This document shows, one piece after another, positions 17,399 to 27,566 of a stretch of 64,000 bases of DNA (positions within the stretch are counted from its first letter, which is position 1; each line of letters begins with the position of its first letter). The notes under the pieces are model-generated. The model was not told the DNA's origin. It ran no database searches and saw nothing but the letters and a program-made list of their open reading frames with translations. This DNA comes from an uncultured bacterium (GTDB lineage: Bacteria; Auribacterota; JAFGBW01). Location: positions 134,992-198,991 of the forward strand of contig CAYUET010000001.1 of assembly GCA_964443875.1 (NCBI GenBank). The letters run 5' to 3'. The position numbers and the translations under genes are program-made.

Positions 17399-18775
17399 GT
17401 GATATCCGATATCGAGAAAACGCTTTCTTTGTTTCTTGATCAAAGAAATATTGCCGATACTTCCGTATTAGTCGCTTTTTCCGGCGGGGTTGATTCTTCT
17501 GTTCTTCTTTCTGCTTTAAATACAGTTAAGACACAGAGCAGGATAAGGCTTGTTGCCTGCCATATCAATCATTCACTCCGTGCCGAAGAAAGTGATCAGG
17601 ATGCTTTATTCTGTATGGATTTCTGTAACAACAGGGGGATTCCTTTTTTTAATTATAAAGCCGATGTCTCAGAATATTCACGGAATAAAAAGCTGTCTCT
17701 TGAATCAGCCGGGAGGGAAATCCGTAAAGCCCTTCTGACTGAAAAAGCAAAAGAGATGGACTGCCGCTATATTTTTCTGGCCCATCATCAGGATGATCAG
17801 ATTGAAACTTTGTTATTCAGATTTTTCAGAGGCTCAGGACTTTACGGAATGCAGGGAATTCAGCCTTTTTCATTAAAAGATTCTGTTTATTGGTGCAGGC
17901 CTTTACTGGATATTTCAAAAAATTTAATTCTTCAATATGCCCGGACAAAACAGATTCAATGGAGAACAGACTCCTCAAATAACAGCCTTGAATACTCCAG
18001 AAATAAAATTCGTAATGAGCTGATCCCTGTCATACAAAAACATTTTGATTCTTTTCCTGAGAGTCTGTTAAGGTTCCGGCGCTTATCCCAGGGATTAATG
18101 CATGAGTTTTACTCACTCCTTTCTCAATCCTGGCATGATCTTTTTTTCTTCAAACCCGGTCATATTTTTATTATGACAGATCCATTAAAGAATACGGCAC
18201 CCCATCTTTTTTCGGAATTATTAAGAAAATTTCTAAAAGAATCTCAGTTAAGTCATTATCTTCCGGATTATGAATTCTGCATTAAATTACATGGGTTATC
18301 CGTCAAAAAAACAGGAAACAGGCTGGAACTCTCTTCAGGGCTGAAGGCTTTAAAAGACCGGGGATGGATTCATGTCTACTCTTCTGATTCAGGGGAGAGA
18401 ATCCCTCTCCGCACAAAAACGGAAATCAGGGATGATTTGGAAACGCAGTTGCCTTATAAAGAAGCTGAGCCGAGTCTGTATAAAGATCTTGTTTTAAATA
18501 AGATGATTGAGTTTTCCTATGCCTTGAAAACAAACTGGAAAAATTCAGACATGGAGATAAAAATTACGGATTCAATGAATCTTAATCAGGTTAAACTTGC
18601 AGGAAAAAATCTTAAAAAATTATTTTCTGAAAAAAAAGTTCCCTATGCCCTGATGGGTTCAATTCCTTTAGTTTTCCTGAATAATGAATTAATTTTAATA
18701 CCTGGAATCGCCGGAGATCCCCGCCATATAACTTCCCGCGGCAGGGGGATGAAAGTTATCTATAATTTCTTATGA
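17399..18775 (+). CDS. tilS: tRNA(Ile)-lysidine synthetase TilS
   Basis: 458 aa. PP-loop SGGVDSS (VLVAFSGGVDSSVLLSAL) at the N-terminus. Overall length and organisation match TilS. Confidence 0.85.
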   Translation: MISDIEKTLSLFLDQRNIADTSVLVAFSGGVDSSVLLSALNTVKTQSRIRLVACHINHSLRAEESDQDALFCMDFCNNRGIPFFNYKADVSEYSRNKKLSLESAGREIRKALLTEKAKEMDCRYIFLAHHQDDQIETLLFRFFRGSGLYGMQGIQPFSLKDSVYWCRPLLDISKNLILQYARTKQIQWRTDSSNNSLEYSRNKIRNELIPVIQKHFDSFPESLLRFRRLSQGLMHEFYSLLSQSWHDLFFFKPGHIFIMTDPLKNTAPHLFSELLRKFLKESQLSHYLPDYEFCIKLHGLSVKKTGNRLELSSGLKALKDRGWIHVYSSDSGERIPLRTKTEIRDDLETQLPYKEAEPSLYKDLVLNKMIEFSYALKTNWKNSDMEIKITDSMNLNQVKLAGKNLKKLFSEKKVPYALMGSIPLVFLNNELILIPGIAGDPRHITSRGRGMKVIYNFL

Positions 18776-20391
18776 TTATTAAAAGCGGTTTTTCCTCTTA
18801 TTTAAAATTTTGTTATTCGTGGTACAGAAAAGAAATCGGATATTCTTTATTGTTTTTAAGTTTTCTTGGGGGAATTTTTGAATTTTTAACTCCTTTTGTC
18901 AGTCAGTTTTCATTAGACAGACTGTTGCCGGGCAATAATCACAGCCTCTTTTTCAAATTCATCGGCATTGCCGGATTTTTGTATTTATTGAATGGAACAA
19001 TCAGCGGGTTAAGCGGATGGATAACCGTCCGCAAAAGAATCAAGATTTTCAGCAAAATCAAGAATCTTCTCATCACCAATCTTCTCAGGGATTGTAATTC
19101 AATTAATTCCAGCGCTTATTATTGCAATTTGATTGAAACGGAGTCAGCAGGGGCCTTTATTCCTTTTTTTAAAACCCTTGATCTGAGTATGAAGTCCTTG
19201 ATTATCCTGACTTTTGGATCTTGTATTATTTTTTATTATTCTTCATCCCTTTTAGGGATAATACTTCTTTTACTGGGACTTTATGCTCTGTTTTTTCGTA
19301 AATCAGAAGAAAAAACTTTTTTAATTCTTGAATCCCTTAAAACAATCCAGCAGGATTTCCGGGAATTTTTAACGGATGGTTTGAAAAAAAAATCCGTTTT
19401 AAACCATTTTAATGCCGGTTTCTGGTTTTTAAAACACCTTGAAGAATTTGAACGTAAACGTAATGAACTTGAATTTCTGTTTTATTCCAAAAAACAGACC
19501 ATTATTCTGGCAAGAAATCTTTTTTCATTCAGTTCCAAATTTTTAATAAGCTGTTATCTCGCCAATCAATGTATTTCAGGTGTGCTGACTTTAGGAGAAA
19601 CTTCATTGCTCGGGCTTATTCTTTTAAAATTTACTCTGGTTATGAATCATATGACTTCCATTTATCAAGATCTTCTTAATGGTTTTGAATGTTATACCAA
19701 ATTCAAGAATCTGTTAACCCCGGCCTCTCCTCAGATAAATGGTAGGGCTATAGAGACCATTGAACGCATTGAACTTCAGAATATCAGTCTTAGAATCCCT
19801 CAAAAGGAAATATTCGACTCCGTGTTTATGACCTTCCGAAAAGGAAATAAATACCTTATTAAAGGAGAAAGCGGAATTGGAAAAACGACGTTTTTACAGT
19901 TGTTGACCGGGGAGAGAAAACCGGATTCCGGAAGGATCCTCTTTAATGACATTCCTTCAGATCAATGCGCTTATTCCTCTGTATTTCAACATATTAGACT
20001 TATTCCTCAAAAGAATGATTTTTTTAAAGTGCCCTGTATGGAAAATATTATTTTTTCAAATGATTCAAATCCTGAACTGATAAAAGAATTTAAAAAAGCA
20101 GGGTTGAATTATTTCAAGCTGGATGAAATGTTTTATCAGGGCGATACTGAAAAGATCTCTTTAGGTGAAGCAAGGCGACTGGTCATACTCCGAAGTATTT
20201 TTAAAAAGGGGGAATGGCTTATTATGGATGAACCGGATTATGCTTTAAGTGTAAATCTTGCGTCTAAAATCATCAGTAATTTAATAAAAACCTCGGGTAG
20301 TATCATTCTATTTACCCATAGAGATATTTTTGACTGCTATTTTGACGAAATCTATGAAATCAGAAATAAAAAACTCAATCGCTGTACTTGA
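18772..20391 (+). CDS. ABC-transporter-like fused permease/ATP-binding protein
   Basis: 539 aa. N-terminal ~300 aa carry multiple hydrophobic helices. C-terminal NBD has Walker A GESGIGKTT and Walker B LIMDEPDYALS. No peptidase domain. Confidence 0.6.
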   Translation: MIIKSGFSSYLKFCYSWYRKEIGYSLLFLSFLGGIFEFLTPFVSQFSLDRLLPGNNHSLFFKFIGIAGFLYLLNGTISGLSGWITVRKRIKIFSKIKNLLITNLLRDCNSINSSAYYCNLIETESAGAFIPFFKTLDLSMKSLIILTFGSCIIFYYSSSLLGIILLLLGLYALFFRKSEEKTFLILESLKTIQQDFREFLTDGLKKKSVLNHFNAGFWFLKHLEEFERKRNELEFLFYSKKQTIILARNLFSFSSKFLISCYLANQCISGVLTLGETSLLGLILLKFTLVMNHMTSIYQDLLNGFECYTKFKNLLTPASPQINGRAIETIERIELQNISLRIPQKEIFDSVFMTFRKGNKYLIKGESGIGKTTFLQLLTGERKPDSGRILFNDIPSDQCAYSSVFQHIRLIPQKNDFFKVPCMENIIFSNDSNPELIKEFKKAGLNYFKLDEMFYQGDTEKISLGEARRLVILRSIFKKGEWLIMDEPDYALSVNLASKIISNLIKTSGSIILFTHRDIFDCYFDEIYEIRNKKLNRCT

Positions 20392-20397
20392 GGAGAA

Positions 20398-20688
20398 TTA
20401 ATCGAATTTATATATGATTTCGTCTGGTTTGGAATAACCTAATTTATTGCGGGCTAATTTTTCAATGTAAAGAGGATTGCTTTTTAAGGCGATTTCTTTT
20501 TTTCTTATGGCTTCAATATCCGCTTCAACGGACAAGATTTTTTCCCGGAGCTGTTTTTGTTTATTAAGAAGTGTCATTCGTTCTTTGATTTTCGGAAAAA
20601 AAAGAATGGTAATCACGGCCACGGAAATGACCAGGACAGAAAATAACTGTACACGTTTAAGAAATTGCTTAAAGCCGTCAGCGGTCAT
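20398..20688 (-). CDS. ftsB: Septum formation initiator family protein (FtsB/DivIC-like)
   Basis: 96 aa. Single N-terminal TM, coiled coil, and C-terminal ...LARNKLGYSKPDEIIYKF resembling the FtsB LGYxxPGE motif. Confidence 0.55.
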   Translation of the reverse strand: MTADGFKQFLKRVQLFSVLVISVAVITILFFPKIKERMTLLNKQKQLREKILSVEADIEAIRKKEIALKSNPLYIEKLARNKLGYSKPDEIIYKFD

Positions 20689-21185
20689 TTTTCGTCATTA
20701 TCAAAGAGGTCGAAATCAGAATCATCATCATTATTGTTTTCTTCAGGTGTTTCCTTATTGATGATGGAAGCCACATTGTCAAGCTTTTCAAAGATTTCTT
20801 TTTTGATGTAAATCGGGGCATTATTTTGTTTGGCAATCGCAATACAATCGCTTGGACGGGCATCAATTTCAATGATGTTTTTTCCGAGAGAATTCTGCTC
20901 TTTAAGCATTAAACGGGCAAAATAGGTATTATCTTTTATGTCGTTGATGATGGTATATTCTACAGATATTCCGAAGCCTTTGAAAATATTCGTAATCAAG
21001 TCATGAGTAAGAGGCCGGTTCTTTTTTACACCTTCCATGGTCATTAATATTGCCGCACCTTCATTGGGGCCGACATAAATAACAAATACTTTTTCCGCAT
21101 TTCCAAGGCAGATAGCACAGCCTGTAGGAGATGGAAGTACTTTCACAACGTCAATTGCAACAAAATTATTTTTATTAAAATCCAT
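20685..21185 (-). CDS. Bifunctional nuclease family protein (DUF151/BFN domain) with an acidic C-terminal tail
   Basis: 166 aa. The IDARPSDCIAIA motif is characteristic of DUF151. Tail is NNNDDDSDFDLFDNDEK. Confidence 0.6.
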   Translation of the reverse strand: MDFNKNNFVAIDVVKVLPSPTGCAICLGNAEKVFVIYVGPNEGAAILMTMEGVKKNRPLTHDLITNIFKGFGISVEYTIINDIKDNTYFARLMLKEQNSLGKNIIEIDARPSDCIAIAKQNNAPIYIKKEIFEKLDNVASIINKETPEENNNDDDSDFDLFDNDEK

Positions 21186-21474
21186 AGTTATAAAATTAAA
21201 TCAAAGATACCTGCTACCGTAAAGGAAATTCATTTTTTAAAGTCAATTATATCAAAAAAAAAGAAATGTATAACTCAATTAAATTTATTAGTAACACTTA
21301 TTTAATCTATTCAGAATAAATAATATAGATGTAAATACGAACTATCAATAATATTACATAAGTAATATTATGCGACATTATTATTTAAGGAAATAAATCT
21401 CGTTAAATGAATAAAACTATTGAATTTTTATAATTTAATAATTACTATTTAGAAAATTTATAAAAGGTTGAAAT

Positions 21475-22113
21475 ATGAGCAGCACTTCCATTTTTAAAAA
21501 AATTCTGTTTGCAGATGATGATGATGCATTCCGTTTTACCATTAAAGAATATTTTGCTGATTCTCCATGGACGATTGATATGGCTGAAAACGGAGTTGTT
21601 GCTCTGGATAAGGCTCTGGCCTGTCATTATGACCTGATTATTCTGGATATCAATATGCCTTTTATGAAAGGCAATGAAACAGTAAAAGAAATCAAAAAAA
21701 AATGGCCTAAAGTAAGAGTTTTAGCTTTTACTGCCTATGCTTCTCATGATGTGATCGATCAGTATCTGAAAGATGGTTTTGATGATGTTATTTCCAAACA
21801 TACAGATCTTGATTTATTTCAAAAAATAATATCCCAGCATTTGAGGATGGACTCCCCTGCCCAGGAATCAGCCGCTGCTGTTAAAAAAGAAACAGATTTA
21901 GCTTTTGAATCGATTTCTGAAGAACCTAAACAACAAGTTCTAAGTTCTGAAATATCTGATTTTTCAATAATTAATGACGGACAACAGAATCCTTCAGATT
22001 TTTTAATTAAAAGGATTCAGGAACTTGAACAGGAAAAGAATGCTTTGATGGAAGAAAATCTTCAATTAAAACAAAGAATAGCGATGCTTCAAAAATTGAT
22101 TAAACCCGTCTGA
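21475..22113 (+). CDS. Single-domain response regulator (REC) with a C-terminal coiled-coil/leucine-zipper extension and no recognisable output domain
   Basis: 212 aa. ILFADDDDAFRF...LIILDINMPFMKGNETVKEIKKKWPKVRVLAFTAY is a CheY-like receiver. The C-terminal 60 aa form a heptad coiled coil (IQELEQEKNALMEENLQLKQRIAMLQKLI). Confidence 0.75.
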   Translation: MSSTSIFKKILFADDDDAFRFTIKEYFADSPWTIDMAENGVVALDKALACHYDLIILDINMPFMKGNETVKEIKKKWPKVRVLAFTAYASHDVIDQYLKDGFDDVISKHTDLDLFQKIISQHLRMDSPAQESAAAVKKETDLAFESISEEPKQQVLSSEISDFSIINDGQQNPSDFLIKRIQELEQEKNALMEENLQLKQRIAMLQKLIKPV

Positions 22114-23119
22114 TAAAGTTTTCTGATTTTAAATCACGGGTCATTAATTCTTTGACGGCCTCCAGAGGATGAAGTTTTTCAAAAAGCACTTTATAGACTG
22201 TCTCTACAATAGGCATTTCAACCCCCTGTTTTTTCGCAAGAGATTTGGCTGATTTAACCGTATCGATTCCTTCAATAACTGTTTTTATGCTTTTTTTGGC
22301 TTCATCAAAAGATAATCCCTGTCCTAAAAGTTTTCCAAAGCTGAAATTTCTGCTTTGATCAGAAAGCGCAGTAAGCATCAGATCTCCGATTCCGGCAAGA
22401 CCGAAAAATGTTTCAATATTTGCACCTAAAGAAATTCCAAGCCTTACAATTTCAGCATTTCCACGTGTAATTAAAGCGGCGGAAGTATTAATGCCATACC
22501 CTATTCCTCTGGAAATCCCCGAAGCAATCGCAATAACATTTTTAACAGCCCCGGCAAGCTCAACACCGATAACGTCGGTGTTTGTATAAACCCTGAACCA
22601 GTTATTCCCGAATAAATGCTGTACTTTCTTGGCTGTTTCAATACCGGATGAAGCCGCTACAATGGCTGTCGGGATTTTTTTTATCACTTCAGTCGCATAG
22701 CTCGGCCCGGATAAAACGGCATATTGATGAAGATTGTATTCAGGTATAGCTTCTTTTAAAAGATCTATAATGAATTTGGTATTTTCGACATCTATTCCTT
22801 TTGAACAATTAACAAGAATTTGATGAGGTTTTAAATAAGATTTTATCGATTTCCAGAAATGCTTATAAATCTGGGAGGGGATAACCGTTATAATAAAATC
22901 ACTTTCATCAAAGGCTTCGGGTAAGGAATAGACAAAGGTGAATGTACTCTCATTAATTGATAAGCCAGGAAGATTTTTGTGTTTGTATGTTGACTGTATC
23001 TCCTGAAGGATTTCGGGGTATGCATCCCATAACTTTACGTTATGACCGTTATTCGACAAAACATATGCCAAAGCAGTCCCCCAGCTTCCAGCACCCAAGA
23101 CACTTAGATTTTTTTTCAT
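22100..23119 (-). CDS. gpsA: NAD(P)H-dependent glycerol-3-phosphate dehydrogenase
   Basis: 339 aa. Rossmann motif VLGAGSWGTALA. GpsA-like sequence throughout. Confidence 0.85.
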   Translation of the reverse strand: MKKNLSVLGAGSWGTALAYVLSNNGHNVKLWDAYPEILQEIQSTYKHKNLPGLSINESTFTFVYSLPEAFDESDFIITVIPSQIYKHFWKSIKSYLKPHQILVNCSKGIDVENTKFIIDLLKEAIPEYNLHQYAVLSGPSYATEVIKKIPTAIVAASSGIETAKKVQHLFGNNWFRVYTNTDVIGVELAGAVKNVIAIASGISRGIGYGINTSAALITRGNAEIVRLGISLGANIETFFGLAGIGDLMLTALSDQSRNFSFGKLLGQGLSFDEAKKSIKTVIEGIDTVKSAKSLAKKQGVEMPIVETVYKVLFEKLHPLEAVKELMTRDLKSENFIRRV

Positions 23120-23187
23120 ATTTTTATTTCTTTTTCGAAAAACAATTTTACACTTACCTGTTTTTTAGATTATAATTAATATATATT

Positions 23188-24171
23188 ATGAATACTTCAA
23201 CTATTATTTTTATTTCGATAGGCGTTTTGTTTATTCTGTTTTTATTTTTCCTTTATTTTAAAAGAATTGCAAAAAGAAAAAAAGTGGAAATGGGATTGGC
23301 AGAAGGCCCTGCAACACAGATGGAGTTGGAAAACGACCCTGAACTGCGGCAGACTTATATCGATTTCAAAGAGCTTATGTTCAGCACTCTTTCTCTTAAA
23401 TATGAGAATATTAAGGTTATTGCTTCCGGCGGAATGGGCATTATTGTTACCGCTATTGATAAAAAAGATAAAAAAAAGGTAGCCATAAAAACCATATCCC
23501 CCAAGTTGCATAAGCATCCCAAGGCCATTAAATTCTTTTTCCAGGAATGTCAGGCTATTCAAAAAATGAATCACCCCAATATTGTAAGAATCTATGATTC
23601 TGCAGATGAAGGTTTTTTATACTATGTCATGGAGTTCCTTGAGGGGGAAACCCTGGAAGAAAAAATTAATCGAGAAGGAGTCCTCCCGGTTTCTCAGATC
23701 GTCAGAATCGGCACCCAGGTTGCACGAGCGTTACAACATTGCCATTCAAATGGAATTGTGCACAGGGATATAAAACCTTCCAATATTTTTATTACCAAAA
23801 ACGATATCTGTAAAATTATTGATTTTGGAGTGGTTAAAATGCTTGACGCTGAGACGCATGAAACCGGCGCTATCGGGTCTCCCCATTATGCGGCCCCTGA
23901 ACAGCTTCAGGCAGGAAAAATTTCGGGAAAGAGCGATGTCTATTCACTGGGCGTGTGTCTTTATAAAATGGCTTCAGGCCAATATCCCTATTCTGTAAAC
24001 GATCTAGTAACGAAAGTCTTTGAGAAGCCTAAAAATCTGAAGGATATTTGCCCTTCAGTATCTGATGAACTGATTGAAATCATCAATGAATGTATTGCCA
24101 TTGATCCTTCGCAACGATGCGAGGCAACAAAATTATGGGCAAAACTCAAAAAAATCAATATCGGTGAATAA
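23188..24171 (+). CDS. Membrane-anchored eukaryotic-like Ser/Thr protein kinase
   Basis: 327 aa. N-terminal TM (IIFISIGVLFILFLFFLYF). Kinase subdomains: VAIK lysine, HRDIKPSNIF catalytic loop, DFG, GSPHYAAPE. Confidence 0.8.
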   Translation: MNTSTIIFISIGVLFILFLFFLYFKRIAKRKKVEMGLAEGPATQMELENDPELRQTYIDFKELMFSTLSLKYENIKVIASGGMGIIVTAIDKKDKKKVAIKTISPKLHKHPKAIKFFFQECQAIQKMNHPNIVRIYDSADEGFLYYVMEFLEGETLEEKINREGVLPVSQIVRIGTQVARALQHCHSNGIVHRDIKPSNIFITKNDICKIIDFGVVKMLDAETHETGAIGSPHYAAPEQLQAGKISGKSDVYSLGVCLYKMASGQYPYSVNDLVTKVFEKPKNLKDICPSVSDELIEIINECIAIDPSQRCEATKLWAKLKKINIGE

Positions 24172-24217
24172 AAATATTTTAAAATTAAAATTCAAAAATT
24201 AAATTTTTAATTTATGA

Positions 24218-24415
24218 TTAAACGACGTCTCCGCGGATCCCTGTGCCCCTTTTGATAACACCGGATTTGCATTCCTTGCAGATTCTCTCGTGTTTTCCTA
24301 TGGCCGCAAAAGATCTTTGACAGCATAGGCAGTTCCTCATGACAATTTTTACTTCAGGGAGTCCTGCTTCTTTTTTCTTTTTATTGATTTTGATCAATTC
24401 TTCTAAATCAGCCAT
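24218..24415 (-). CDS. Small Cys-rich (zinc-ribbon-like) hypothetical protein
   Basis: 65 aa containing CLCC...C-x2-C (CLCCQRSF...CKECK). Called on ORF evidence only. Confidence 0.3.
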   Translation of the reverse strand: MADLEELIKINKKKKEAGLPEVKIVMRNCLCCQRSFAAIGKHERICKECKSGVIKRGTGIRGDVV

Positions 24416-24596
24416 AATAGTCCTACCTCTTTTTTATAATGATTAGGCTCGATAAAGTAAAAAATAAAAACATATGGCAGTAAATCACATATTTTTAAAA
24501 AAATCAATAGTTTTTTTTTAGGATTTTTAAAGATGTTGATCAGTTATCATGTTTTATAGCATTTAGTTATAGTTGAAATATTAAATTAATTCTTTA

Positions 24597-25580
24597 ATGA
24601 TAAATAAACATATTTTATTTTTATTTTTCTTTTTTATAGGAAGGAATAAAAAAATCCGGTATAGAGTATCCATGAAATATCAATGGAAAATCGATAAATC
24701 AAGCGCACAGACAAGTGTTTTGAATTTTATCAGCGGACATATCAAGGAAATTTGTTCAAAAAGACAGTTAAAAAATAGTATTGAGCACGGAGCGTTGAGA
24801 CTTAACGGAAAAATTGAAACTTTCAGTTCCTGTAAGCTTAAAAACGGTGATTCAGTTCAGTTTAATTATGTACAGGAAATAAAAAAACGCCTGGTTATTT
24901 TGCCTGAAATGATTCTTTACGAAGACCAGCATCTCCTGGCAATCAATAAACCCCCCGGCTTTGCCTCCACCCCTACGGACTCAAAATTCCCGGATCTGGA
25001 AACCAGTATAAAAAACCATTTTAAACTGAGTTATCTTAAAATGATCCACAGGCTCGACAAAGACACCTCCGGTGTTTTGCTGGCTGCAAAAAATGAAGAG
25101 ACTTTCAACCTTTATGTCCGGTATTTCAGGGAAAAAAGAATCAATAAAAAGTATATTGCCTATGTCCATGGAGTTCCTGAAAACGAAAGAGGAACAATTT
25201 CTTCTTCTCTGGGGCTTATCAAAAAGACTGAACATACTGAAAAATGGGGAAATGTGAACCCGGATAAGGGAAAGTCCGCAGTGACCCTCTATCACCTTTT
25301 GAAATCCTACCGTTCAGTTTCCTTGCTGGAATTAACTCCTCTGACAGGCCGGACTCATCAGATCCGCGTTCATCTTGCAAGCCTTGGTTTTCCTATTATA
25401 GGGGATGTGGTCTATGGAAATAAGGAAGGAAATGAATTTTCAACACAAGTCACAAGACAAATGCTTCATTCAATTTCCATTATTGTTCCTCATCCTTCCA
25501 ATAAGGATTCAGCAATAGAAATTGAAGCCCCCTTGCCTGAAGATTTTATTCAATTCAAAAAATTTATCCAGAAAAATTAA
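24597..25580 (+). CDS. RluA-family 23S rRNA pseudouridine synthase (RluC/RluD-like). The true start is probably the ATG at 24663.
   Basis: Catalytic motif HRLDKDTSGVLLAAKN. The N-terminal S4-like region and overall length fit the family. The first 22 codons of the tracked ORF are AT-rich, low-complexity and unlikely to be coding. Confidence 0.8.
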   Translation: MINKHILFLFFFFIGRNKKIRYRVSMKYQWKIDKSSAQTSVLNFISGHIKEICSKRQLKNSIEHGALRLNGKIETFSSCKLKNGDSVQFNYVQEIKKRLVILPEMILYEDQHLLAINKPPGFASTPTDSKFPDLETSIKNHFKLSYLKMIHRLDKDTSGVLLAAKNEETFNLYVRYFREKRINKKYIAYVHGVPENERGTISSSLGLIKKTEHTEKWGNVNPDKGKSAVTLYHLLKSYRSVSLLELTPLTGRTHQIRVHLASLGFPIIGDVVYGNKEGNEFSTQVTRQMLHSISIIVPHPSNKDSAIEIEAPLPEDFIQFKKFIQKN

Positions 25581-27334
25581 TCGTTTTCTTTTAATTCCTT
25601 TTCGATTTCCTTCATCAGAGGCTGGATCATTTTTTCCGAAAAATCAAAAATAAGACCTGTTGATTCAAATAATTTGGGGAGGGGTTCTGTTGCGCCTAAA
25701 GACAAGCCCTGCTTATAATATTTAATCGCTTCCTTGGGTTCTTTTTTGTATCTCATCCATAATTGCAGAGCTCCAAGCTGAGCTATTCCGTATTCAATGT
25801 AATAAAAGGGATATTCAAATAAATGCAGCTGTCTCTGCCAGAGATTGCTGTGTTCATTTTCTAGCCCTTCCCAATCCAGTAAATAACCGCCAAAACGTTT
25901 TCTTATGGAAACCCATACCTGATTTCTCTGCTCCACACTATGTTTCGGATTGCTGTAAATCCAGTGTTGAAAAGCATCTATGGTTGCGATCCAGGGAAGA
26001 ATGGAGATAATCTCCTCCAAAAGTTCTGTTCTGGCTCTTTTTACATCTTCTTCATTATAAAAATGATTTAGAAAATGACTGCCGATGAGTTCCATGCTCA
26101 TGGAAGCCACTTCACAGAATTCAATAGGCGGTTCCCTGTCGTCCATTAAGGGCTTTGAAGCGGCCGCTAAAACATGAAAGGCATGACCGCTCTCATGAAG
26201 CAATGTTCTGATATCCGAATCCAGACCCACAGCATTAAGAAAAATAAAGGGTTTACGCGTTTCTGAAAGAGTGGATTGATAAGCTCCAGGGGCCTTTCCT
26301 TTGCGGCTTATAAGATCAAGAACCTCCCATTTTCTGAAAAGTCCGAAATAATTCCCCAGTTCTCCGTCAATACTGTTGAATATTTGCTGTATCCCGTTTT
26401 CAAATGCAGGGATATCCTCAAAGGGTTTTAAAGGCGGACGATTTTTTATATCCACTTCCGTGTCCCAGGGTTTTATGCTTTTATAGGCCAGATTTTTTAT
26501 CCTCCGGTTATAGACCTTTGCCAGCAAAGACACTACGCATTCTTCAACCGATTTATGGAATTTAAGACAGTCCTCAGGGGTGTAATCAAAACGGTTAAAC
26601 GCTTTGAACTGGTATTCCATAAAATTTTTAAATCCTGCATTTCTGGCAATGGCAGTACGCAATTCGACGAGTTCATTAAACAGGGTATTCATTTTTTCTG
26701 AATCCTTCAGGCGTCTCGCCGTGATTGCTCTCCAGGCTTTTTCCCTCAGCTCCCTGTCGGGTTCATGGAGATATTTCCGCATCATCTGAAGGGTTTGTTC
26801 CTGCCCGTCAAATTCAACGGTCATAGCACCGCATAAGGCCTGATATTCCTGGCATAACAGGGCTTCCCGGGTTTGAAATGGAATATTTTCTTTCCGGAAT
26901 AATTCCAGACTGTTCTTTTTTTTTAAAAAAATCATACCATGATGACCGGGGTTTATCTTCAGCAACTCCATGGTGTTGAGATATTTCTTGTCCAACTCCT
27001 GAGATAATTCCTTAAGAGAGGGAATAATATTTTCAATATAGTTCTTATATTTTTCAGCATATTCCTGATTGTCGGTCTGACAGGTCATCTGAATATAAAG
27101 AAAAGTTCTGACCTGGTCAGCAGCAGCCTCCATTTCAGAGCGGTCTTTAAGCCATTGTTCAAGGGCCGGTTCATTCAGGATTTCCCGACGGAGCAGGGCA
27201 TGGTAATAGCACATCAATTCTTCAAGATTTTCTAAAATGGCCTCCCTGGAAACAAAACTTCTTTCCTCATAGGGATTTAATTTTTTTAATTGATCAAGAA
27301 TAGTCATGAACACTTCCTTAAACCGGCACTGCAT
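25577..27334 (-). CDS. pepF: M3-family oligoendopeptidase F
   Basis: 585 aa. Zinc-binding HESGHAFH (HExxH). Length and composition fit PepF. Confidence 0.75.
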   Translation of the reverse strand: MQCRFKEVFMTILDQLKKLNPYEERSFVSREAILENLEELMCYYHALLRREILNEPALEQWLKDRSEMEAAADQVRTFLYIQMTCQTDNQEYAEKYKNYIENIIPSLKELSQELDKKYLNTMELLKINPGHHGMIFLKKKNSLELFRKENIPFQTREALLCQEYQALCGAMTVEFDGQEQTLQMMRKYLHEPDRELREKAWRAITARRLKDSEKMNTLFNELVELRTAIARNAGFKNFMEYQFKAFNRFDYTPEDCLKFHKSVEECVVSLLAKVYNRRIKNLAYKSIKPWDTEVDIKNRPPLKPFEDIPAFENGIQQIFNSIDGELGNYFGLFRKWEVLDLISRKGKAPGAYQSTLSETRKPFIFLNAVGLDSDIRTLLHESGHAFHVLAAASKPLMDDREPPIEFCEVASMSMELIGSHFLNHFYNEEDVKRARTELLEEIISILPWIATIDAFQHWIYSNPKHSVEQRNQVWVSIRKRFGGYLLDWEGLENEHSNLWQRQLHLFEYPFYYIEYGIAQLGALQLWMRYKKEPKEAIKYYKQGLSLGATEPLPKLFESTGLIFDFSEKMIQPLMKEIEKELKEND

Positions 27335-27566
27335 GAATTACTTTTCTCCATGTTGTGTGCCTTTTCCATATTTCGTTCAATATAAAAGTTTAATCTCATT
27401 GGGTTTTATTCCTCGCAATGACGTATTTGATACCTCGCAGCTTGCTGCGGGGTAATTCATTTTTTTAAAATAACAAAAAAGTCATCATTTTTATTGCATT
27501 CTGAACAACTTTAATGAAATGTAATATACAGAGTTCCTTATAAATAAGGTTAAACCTTATAGCAGA

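Noticed and set aside
18772-20391. ABC protein as a possible bacteriocin or peptide exporter of an accessory system
   Set aside because: There is no N-terminal C39 peptidase domain, no adjacent precursor peptide and no HlyD-like partner. It follows tilS in an apparently housekeeping context.
27430-27462. Short GC hairpin (CGCAGC-TT-GCTGCG) followed by a T-run between pepF and pbpC, possibly a terminator
   Set aside because: On the strand where pbpC would need it (minus), the hairpin is not followed by a U-tract. On the plus strand there is no upstream gene to terminate. Probably a fortuitous hairpin.
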